NCBI GenBank assembly: GCA_966112835.1
Contig: CBHWEI010000001.1
Span: 1-49,904 of the forward strand
Length of the DNA: 49,904 nucleotides
From: an uncultured Acidimicrobiaceae bacterium
Lineage (GTDB): Bacteria; Actinomycetota; Acidimicrobiia; Acidimicrobiales; Ilumatobacteraceae
Direction: 5' to 3'
Shown: positions 43,506-49,904 of the stretch, piece by piece
Layout: each line of letters starts with the position of its first letter
How positions within the stretch are numbered: the first letter of the stretch is position 1
Translations under genes and position numbers: made by a program
The notes under the pieces: model-generated
The model's database searches: none
Told to the model about the DNA's origin: nothing
The model's input: only the letters and a program-made list of their open reading frames with translations

Positions 43506-44849
43506 CTAGGCGCCGGAGACGGTGACGTCGCGGATGACCAGGCTGACGCCCGCGGCACGCATGGGCAGCCAGTCGACGTCGCCGCCCACCTCGACCACGT
43601 CGAGCAGCATGCGCTGCAGCGTGGACGCGATGGTGAACTCGCGCAGCGGCTTGCCGACCGTGCCGTTGGTGATCTGCAGACCTGAGGCGCCCACCGAGAA
43701 GTCGCCGCTGATGGGGTTCACACCACTGTGCAGTCCCTGCACCGAGGTGATGAGCACACCGTCGGCGACGTCGGCGATGAGCGCCGCCTGGTCGCGCGTG
43801 CCGGGCGTCAGCTGCAGCGCCAGGCAACCGACGCCGGGCGAGCCCTTGAAGCCGGCTCGCACGGCGTTGCCGGTGCTGGCAGCACCCACGCGACGCGCGC
43901 TGTAGGTGTTGTGCACGAAGCCGTGCAGCACGCCGTCGCTGATGAGCACGTTGCGACGCGCCGCCAGCCCTTCGCCGTCGAGGTCGGTGGCGGTGTAGGC
44001 GAGCGGGTTCGTCGGGTCGTCGACCAGCGTGAACATGGGGTGGGCCACCTGGTCGCCGACGCGGTCCTTGAACAGACTGCGGCCCTTGGCCACCGCCTCG
44101 CCGTTCAGGGTGCTGGACACCACGCCCAGCAACATGGCCGTGACGTACGGGTCGAACACCACGGTGGTGCGCTTGCTCTCGGGTTTGGTGGCACCGAGCA
44201 GGCGGGTCGCCCGATCGGCGGCCTCGCGGGCGGCCTTCTCGAGGTCGAACTCGTCGGGCGAGCGACCGACGCTGAAGCCGAAGCCGGTCTGCGTCTCGTC
44301 GCCGTCGTCGGCCATGGTGCTGACGCTGACGTAGCAGCCGTTCTCGCGGCCGCCGCGACGGATGCCGGTGGTGGACGCGACGGCGGACTCGGTGCTCACG
44401 TCGGCGTAGTTCGCGTCGTCGATGCGCACCCGCGAGTCGACGCCGAGCGTGATGCGCTCGAGGTCCTTCGCCAACTGGATCTTCTGCTCGGTCTGGTAGC
44501 CGGCCAGGCGGTCGCTCCACAGCGTCTGCGGCACCACGTCGACGCCGTCGGGCTCGGCCAGGCCGGCCCATTCGTCGTGCGTGCCGAAGTCGACGTTGTC
44601 GCGGGCCTCGGCCAGCACCTCGGCGATGGCCGACGGGTCGAGCGTGCCGGCGTAGGCGAACCCGGTGCGGCCGTCGCGGATGACGCGGATGCCGATGCCT
44701 TCGCTCTGCGCGCTGACGAAGTGCTCGACCTGGCCCTCGTAGATGCGGATGTCGGTCTCGTGGTCGCGCGAGACGAACGCCTCGACCTGCTCGCCCGGCA
44801 GTGCCTGGGCGACCACGCGGTCGGCGAGCGCCAGCAGTTCGTCGCTCAT
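43506..44849 (-). CDS. tldE: PmbA/TldE-family metalloprotease subunit
   Basis: The ATG at 44849 overlaps the tldD stop (ATGA). 447 aa with a PmbA/TldD-fold layout (GIGIRVIRDGRTGFAYA, and a C-terminal GDFSVGASG). Confidence 0.8.
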   Translation of the reverse strand: MSDELLALADRVVAQALPGEQVEAFVSRDHETDIRIYEGQVEHFVSAQSEGIGIRVIRDGRTGFAYAGTLDPSAIAEVLAEARDNVDFGTHDEWAGLAEPDGVDVVPQTLWSDRLAGYQTEQKIQLAKDLERITLGVDSRVRIDDANYADVSTESAVASTTGIRRGGRENGCYVSVSTMADDGDETQTGFGFSVGRSPDEFDLEKAAREAADRATRLLGATKPESKRTTVVFDPYVTAMLLGVVSSTLNGEAVAKGRSLFKDRVGDQVAHPMFTLVDDPTNPLAYTATDLDGEGLAARRNVLISDGVLHGFVHNTYSARRVGAASTGNAVRAGFKGSPGVGCLALQLTPGTRDQAALIADVADGVLITSVQGLHSGVNPISGDFSVGASGLQITNGTVGKPLREFTIASTLQRMLLDVVEVGGDVDWLPMRAAGVSLVIRDVTVSGA

Positions 44850-46288
44850 GCTGCGGTCCCGCCGATGGTGAGGCTCTTCACCCGGAGTGTGGGCTGGCCG
44901 TCGCCCACCGGAACGCCCTGGCCGTCCTTGCCGCACGTGCCCGGGTTGCCCATGGCGAAGTCGTTGCCCAACAGGTCGATGTCGCTGAGCACCTGCGGCC
45001 CGTTGCCGATGAGGTTGCCCTCGCGCAGCGGCTCGGTGATCTGCCCGTTCTCGATGAGGTAGGCCTCAGTCATGCCGAACACGAAGTCGCCGGTGGCGGT
45101 GTTCACGCTGCCGCCGCCGAGCTTGGCGACGTACACGCCGTACTCGGTGGCACGGACGATGTCGTCGGGCTCCTCGGTGCCGTTCAACACGTAGGTGTTG
45201 GTCATGCGCACCATGGGCAGGTGCTGGTAGCTCTGCCGGCGGCCGTTGCCGCTCTGCGGGCGGCCTTCCTTGCGGGCCCGCAGGTAGTCCCACATGTAGT
45301 CGGTGAGCACGCCGTCCTGGATGAGCACGTTGTACTGACTGGCGTGGCCCTCGTCGTCGTAGCCGATGGCGCCCCACTCGCCACTCATGGTGCCGTCGTC
45401 GACGAGCGTGACGAGGGGCGAGGCGACCAGTTCGCCGCGCTTGCCCTTGTAGACGCTGCCGCCCTTGGCGACCAGGTCGGCCTCGAGGCCGTGGCCGCAC
45501 GCCTCGTGGAACAGCACGCCGCCCGAGCCGCGCTTGATGACCACCGGCAGGGCGCCACTGGGCGCCGGGCGGGCGGTGAGCTTGGTGAGCGCCTGGCGCG
45601 CCGCGTCGCGGGCGAGCTCCTCCACGTCGACCTGGTCGAACAGTTCGAAGCCGATGGTGTGGCCGGCGCTCTGGTAGCCGGTCTGCATGCCGGTGTCGCC
45701 GTTCGCCACCACGCTGACGCGCACCAGGGTGCGGACCTGCTCGTCGGTGACGAGCACGCCGTCGGTGTTCGCCACCAGCATGCGGCGGCGGCTGTCGCCG
45801 TAGCCGGCGCTGACCTGGGTGATGGACCCGCCGGCGCTTCGAGCGGCGTCGTCCATGCGCTGCAGCACGGCAACCTTGTCGGCCTTGCGCACGTCGTCGG
45901 GGTAGCGGGTGACCTGGCTGACCGACCGTGCCGGGCTCTGGCTGAGCGAGATGGTGCGGGTGCGACCGTCGCCCTGGCTGGCCGCAGCAGCGGCGGCCTC
46001 GGCAGCGGCGAGCAGGCCGGCCTCGCTGAGGTCGGCCGTGTGGGCGAAGCCGGTGGTGTCGCCCTTGACGACGCGGATGCCGGCACCGCGGTCGCGGCCG
46101 CTGGTGACCTGCTCGACGCGGCCGTCGTCGAGGCCCGCGGACGTCGACCGCTTGTCCTCGGCGAACACTTCGGCGAACTCGGCGCCCGTTCGTACCGCCG
46201 CCCCCAACACCCGTTCCAACACGTCGCTGTCGATCACGCCGGGCACTCTACCGAGCCACTGGTTCGCACGGTTCCGCGCGAAGGGCAT
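44846..46288 (-). CDS. tldD: TldD-family metalloprotease
   Basis: HEACGHGLE metal-binding motif and GAGIRVVKGDTTGFAHT, with a C-terminal TGDFVFG. Start is the ATG at 46288 (GTG alternatives at 46246 and 46237). Confidence 0.85.
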   Translation of the reverse strand: MPFARNRANQWLGRVPGVIDSDVLERVLGAAVRTGAEFAEVFAEDKRSTSAGLDDGRVEQVTSGRDRGAGIRVVKGDTTGFAHTADLSEAGLLAAAEAAAAAASQGDGRTRTISLSQSPARSVSQVTRYPDDVRKADKVAVLQRMDDAARSAGGSITQVSAGYGDSRRRMLVANTDGVLVTDEQVRTLVRVSVVANGDTGMQTGYQSAGHTIGFELFDQVDVEELARDAARQALTKLTARPAPSGALPVVIKRGSGGVLFHEACGHGLEADLVAKGGSVYKGKRGELVASPLVTLVDDGTMSGEWGAIGYDDEGHASQYNVLIQDGVLTDYMWDYLRARKEGRPQSGNGRRQSYQHLPMVRMTNTYVLNGTEEPDDIVRATEYGVYVAKLGGGSVNTATGDFVFGMTEAYLIENGQITEPLREGNLIGNGPQVLSDIDLLGNDFAMGNPGTCGKDGQGVPVGDGQPTLRVKSLTIGGTAA

Positions 46289-46310
46289 AGCCTGCACGGC
46301 CGTGAGCGCA

Positions 46311-46679
46311 GTGGTCGGCCTGAAAGGCCTGGCGAGCATGGAGGTCACCGAAGCCGATACGGCGGTGGCCATGCGATCCGGGTCGGTGCACGTGCTGGCC
46401 ACGCCGCGCATCGTCGCCCTGCTCGAGCAGGCCACGTGCGCCGCACTCGACGGTCACCTCGCACCGGGGTGCACCACCGTCGGCATGCGTGTGCAGGTCG
46501 ACCATCTGCAGCCCACCCCGGTGGGCGGCGTGGTCGACGCCGAAGCCGTCCTGGAGAAGATCGAAGGAAGACGGCTCACGTTCATGGTCTCGGCGTCCGA
46601 TACCAAGGGAGTGGTGGCCGCAGGTCGCGTCACCCGAGTCCTGGTGGAGGTCGACCGATTCATGGACAAGACCCGATGA
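46311..46679 (+). CDS. Hotdog-fold thioesterase (FlK-like family)
   Basis: Strings GSVHVLATPRIVALLEQA, TTVGMRVQVDHLQPTPVG and RLTFMVSASD. The start is ambiguous (GTG at 46302 or 46311, or ATG at 46338). Confidence 0.6.
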   Translation: MVGLKGLASMEVTEADTAVAMRSGSVHVLATPRIVALLEQATCAALDGHLAPGCTTVGMRVQVDHLQPTPVGGVVDAEAVLEKIEGRRLTFMVSASDTKGVVAAGRVTRVLVEVDRFMDKTR

Positions 46680-46978
46680 CACGCACAATCACCGCGCTCG
46701 CTGTCGCCACCGCGGCCCTGATCTCGTTGTCTGCCTGCACGGAGATGTCGAAGGCCCAGTCCGACGGCATCAGCGGCATCCAGGGTGCGTCGCAACTGGC
46801 CTGCAATCAGGCCATGAGCGAGTACCAGCAGGCCATCGACAACTTCTCCATCCTCGAGGGCCGCGCCCCGAAGGACGAGAGCGAGTTGGTGCCCAAGTAC
46901 CTGCGCGCGGTCTCAGACCTGATGGACATCGCTCCCGACGGCACGGTCGTCGTGCAGCCCGGCGGGGCCTGCGCCTGA
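46676..46978 (+). CDS. Small hypothetical lipoprotein (100 aa)
   Basis: The ATG at 46676 overlaps the thioesterase stop (ATGA). Signal peptide plus lipobox (ALISLSAC). The mature part has further Cys residues. I recognise no family. Confidence 0.5.
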   Translation: MTRTITALAVATAALISLSACTEMSKAQSDGISGIQGASQLACNQAMSEYQQAIDNFSILEGRAPKDESELVPKYLRAVSDLMDIAPDGTVVVQPGGACA

Positions 46979-48264
46979 CGGCTCCAGGTCCGCAGCGGCC
47001 GGTGACGGCTCGCGGCGGATGCGCAACACACCGGCCGCGGCCACCAGGCACGCGGCGCCGGCGGCGATGAACGCGGGCCGGTAGCTGCCCGTGCTGTCGT
47101 GCAGCGCGCCGGCACCCCACGCCGCCAACGCCCCGCCCACCTGGTGCCCGGCGAACACCCAGCCGTACACCAGCGGGCCACGGTCGCGCCCGAAGTGGGC
47201 GATGCACAGGGCGATGGTGGGCGGCACGGTGGCCACCCAGTCCAGCCCGTAGAACGCCATGAACCCGAGCAGCCCGCCGCCGCCGTGGGCGAGCGCGGGG
47301 TCCAGTACGAACAGGCTCAGGCCGCGCAGCAGGTAGTACGCCATCAGCAGCTTCCGCGGATCCCAGCGGTCGGTCAACCAGCCGCTGGCGATGGTGCCGA
47401 TGACGTCGAAGCCGCCGATGAGCGCCAGGTAGGTGCCGGCCTGCGTGTGGCTCATGCCGTGGTCGTGCGCGGCACTGATGAAGTGCGTCTGCACGAGGCC
47501 GGTGGTGCTCAACCCGCACACCGCGAAGCTGCCCCACAACAACCAGAACGTGCCGGTGCGCCAGGCGCTCGACAGCGCTCCGAACGCGTTGGCGATGGGG
47601 CTGCCGGTGGTGACGGGGCTGACGTAGGTGTCTGCCGCACCATATGGCCGCAGACCGATGTCCTCGGGCCGGTCGCGCAGGAACAGCAGCACCACGGGAT
47701 GACCGCAGCGGTCGCGGCCGCCACGGTGACGGACACCCAGCGCCACCCGTACGTCTCGGCCAGGTGGGTGAGCAACGGCAGGAAGATGAGCTGACCGCTC
47801 GCCGTGGCAGCGGTGAGGACACCGGTGACGACGCCGCGACGGGCGAGGAACCAACGCGACGCGACGGTGCTGGCGAACACGGTGGCCATGCACCCGGTGC
47901 CGACGCCGACGACGAAACCCCACAGCAGGAACAGCTGCCACGGTTGCGTCATCTGCGTGGTGAGCGCCGCGCCCGTGGCGATGATGACCAGCGCGATGGT
48001 GGTGACCCGGCGCAACCCGTAGCGCAGTTGCAGCGCCGCGGCGAACGGGCCGATGAACCCGAACAGCAGCACGTTGATGCTGACCGCGAAGCCGACGGTG
48101 GCGCGCGACCAGCCGAATTCGTCGCGCAGCGGGTCCATCAGGACGCTCGGGGTGCTGCGCACGCCGGCGGCGCCGAGCAGCACCACGAACGCGGCGACCA
48201 CCACCACCCAGTGGTACGTGAGGCGCCGCCGGGACGACGGCGCGGGACGAACTGCCGCGCTCAT
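46913..48264 (-). pseudogene. MFS transporter interrupted by a single-base frameshift
   Basis: The N-terminal half is in ORF 47509-48264 and stays MFS-like up to ...VTVAAATAAVIP. The C-terminal half is in ORF 46913-47941 and is MFS-like from VVLLFLRDRPEDIGL onward. The frames join at the GGG run 47696-47698 (CCC on the coding strand), where one extra base would restore ...AAVIPVVLLFL... Confidence 0.7.
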
Positions 48265-49901
48265 CCCAGGTTGCTGGTGCGCGGGTAGACGTCGGCCGGG
48301 TCGGTGAGCACGTTCACCAGGTACGGCACGCCCGACGCGAACGCACGGTCCAGCGCAGGGCCGATGTCGGCGGCGTCGCGCACGGTCTCACCCGCGCCGC
48401 CCAACGCCTTCACGACGTCGTCGTAGCGCAGCTCGGGCTGCAGGTCGCAGGCCATGTCCCACCCGTCGTAGATGAACTGCATGGGGTGCTTCTCGAGGCC
48501 CCAGATGCCGTTGTTGCCGACGATCATCACCACGGGCAGGCCGTGCCGCACCATCGAGTCGACGTCCATCAGGCTGAAGCCGGCGGCACCGTCGCCCAAG
48601 AGGAGCACGATCTGGCTCTGCGGCCGGGCCACCCGCGCCGCGATGGCATAGCCGGGGCCGTTGCCCAGGCAGCCGAACGGGCCCGTGTCCAGCCAGCAGC
48701 CGGGCTCGAACACCTCCACGAACTTGCCCGCGTAGCTGGCGAAGTCGCCGCCGTCGCAGATGACCACCGCGTCGCGTTCCAGGCGGCGGGCGAGCTCGCC
48801 GTAGATGCGGCTGGGCTTGATGGGGCTGGCGTCGGCGGTGAGCAGCGGCACGTCGGTAGCGCGGCCCGCCTCTTCGGCCGTGCGCAGCTCGGCGATCCAG
48901 TCGGTGTGGTCCACGCGCGCGCCGCTGTGGTCGGCGAGTGCGCGCAGCACCAGGTTCGTGTCGCCGGCCACGGTGAGCACGTCGACGTGCTGCGCCGTCT
49001 GCCCCACCGAGTCGACCACGTGGGCGACGCGGGCGTTGCCGAACGTGCCGAAGCCCAGGCGGAAGTCGAGCGGCGTGCCCAGCACCACCACCAGGTCGGC
49101 GCGGGCCTTCAGCAGGCCACGGGTGCGCAGGAACGCCAGCGGGTGGTCGGCGGGAAGCGTGCCGCGACCGAGCCCGTTGAAGAAGCACGGCACGCCCAAC
49201 GCCTCGGCGGCGGCACGCAGCGGCTCCCACGCGCCGTCCCAGTACACGTCGCTGCCCACGATGAACGCCGGCCGCTCGGCGCCGGCCACCGCCGCGGCGA
49301 GCTGGTCGACCAGGTCGCTGTCGGGCGCCGCACCGAGGCCGATGCACTCGTCGGGGACGGGCACGTCGACCGAGGCCGGCGTGAAGATGGAGTCGAACGG
49401 GAAGTCGAGGAACACCGGGCCGCGGTGCGGCGTGACCGCCTCGCGCACTGCGGCGTGCACGGTGGATGCCACGAGCGTCGGGTCCTTCACCGTGGCCGCG
49501 TGCTTGGTGATGGGGGTCATCACGGGCACGTGGTCGAACTCCTGCAGCGAGCCACTGCCCCACCGCGACTCGGCGGCACGGCCACCGAGCACCACGAGCG
49601 GCGTGCCGTTGAAGTACGCCGAGGTGATGGCCGACGTGCCGTTGGTGATGCCGGGACCGGCGGTGAGCGCCGCCAGACCGGGGCGACGGGTGAGCTTGGC
49701 GTACGCCTCCGCAGCGAACGTGGCCGTCTGCTCGTGCCGAGTGTCGACGACGCGCACGTCCTGGTCTCGGGCGCCCTCGTAGAACGGCCAGATGTGCGCG
49801 CCGTTCAGCGTGAACAACGTGTCGGTGCCGAACGCCTTGATGGCGGCGATGGCTTGCTGGCCGGCGTGGCCGTCGATGTGGTGCGGTGCGGGGGCGTCCA
49901 T
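48261..49901 (-). CDS. Thiamine-diphosphate-dependent enzyme (acetolactate synthase large-subunit-like)
   Basis: The N-terminal pyrimidine-binding domain includes RHEQTATFAAEAYAK and AGPGITNG. The C-terminal ThDP motif is LLGDGAAGFSLMDVDSMVRHGLPVVMIVGNNGIWG. The stop overlaps the MFS start (ATGA). Confidence 0.85.
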   Translation of the reverse strand: MDAPAPHHIDGHAGQQAIAAIKAFGTDTLFTLNGAHIWPFYEGARDQDVRVVDTRHEQTATFAAEAYAKLTRRPGLAALTAGPGITNGTSAITSAYFNGTPLVVLGGRAAESRWGSGSLQEFDHVPVMTPITKHAATVKDPTLVASTVHAAVREAVTPHRGPVFLDFPFDSIFTPASVDVPVPDECIGLGAAPDSDLVDQLAAAVAGAERPAFIVGSDVYWDGAWEPLRAAAEALGVPCFFNGLGRGTLPADHPLAFLRTRGLLKARADLVVVLGTPLDFRLGFGTFGNARVAHVVDSVGQTAQHVDVLTVAGDTNLVLRALADHSGARVDHTDWIAELRTAEEAGRATDVPLLTADASPIKPSRIYGELARRLERDAVVICDGGDFASYAGKFVEVFEPGCWLDTGPFGCLGNGPGYAIAARVARPQSQIVLLLGDGAAGFSLMDVDSMVRHGLPVVMIVGNNGIWGLEKHPMQFIYDGWDMACDLQPELRYDDVVKALGGAGETVRDAADIGPALDRAFASGVPYLVNVLTDPADVYPRTSNLG

Positions 49902-49904
49902 GCC

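Overview
This is a very GC-rich, gene-dense chromosomal segment. I call about 45 CDS and one tRNA-Ala(CGC), and saw no rRNA, CRISPR array, transposase or integrase. The gene content points to Actinomycetota, possibly an Acidimicrobiia-like lineage, but that cannot be proven from the sequence alone. The supporting genes are gpgS beside a folP2-like gene, an MMPL transporter, a PIG-L/LmbE deacetylase, a galU-moeA-FmdB/Ruc-like neighbourhood, a SARP regulator, Tat/lipobox lipoproteins, and many ATGA/GTGA start-stop overlaps. Family names below come from motifs I recognise in the translations; no database search was possible.

Gene order along the window:
- 1-11.8 kb: a 5'-truncated giant haem-peroxidase/RTX protein, a NarL-type two-component pair, a SARP regulator, a hydrolase-GMC oxidoreductase operon and a fasciclin lipoprotein.
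- 11.9-23.4 kb: a deacetylase, cytochrome c, hrpA, an orphan membrane protein, a dioxygenase-like lipoprotein, gpgS, a folP-like gene, a folB-folK fusion, a crotonase, tRNA-Ala and a membrane protein.
- 23.5-32.4 kb: moaC, then a compact five-gene type IV filament operon, then moaA and moeA.
- 32.5-37.9 kb: a DUF-type protein, an AlkD-like protein, galU, a CIRCE-preceded cysteine-free FmdB/Ruc-like gene, a SAF protein, a transsulfuration PLP enzyme and pirin.
- 37.9-49.9 kb: an mmpL-kinase-regulator operon, uppP, a PHP protein, tldE/tldD, a thioesterase, a small lipoprotein, a frameshifted MFS transporter and a ThDP enzyme.

Most notable observations:
- A minimal PilB/PilC plus three pilin-like gene operon splits the moa genes. 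Its ATPase carries a near-textbook tandem MshEN c-di-GMP-binding motif.
- A roughly 26-nt palindrome-containing repeat occurs four times, always at convergent gene ends. Twice it supplies the stop codons of the flanking genes.
- A CIRCE operator sits in front of a Ruc-like gene that has lost all four zinc-ribbon cysteines.
- The RTX-peroxidase has a T1SS-like tail, which is unexpected in an actinobacterial-type genome.

Many long alternative-frame ORFs in the track are GC-content artefacts and were rejected.
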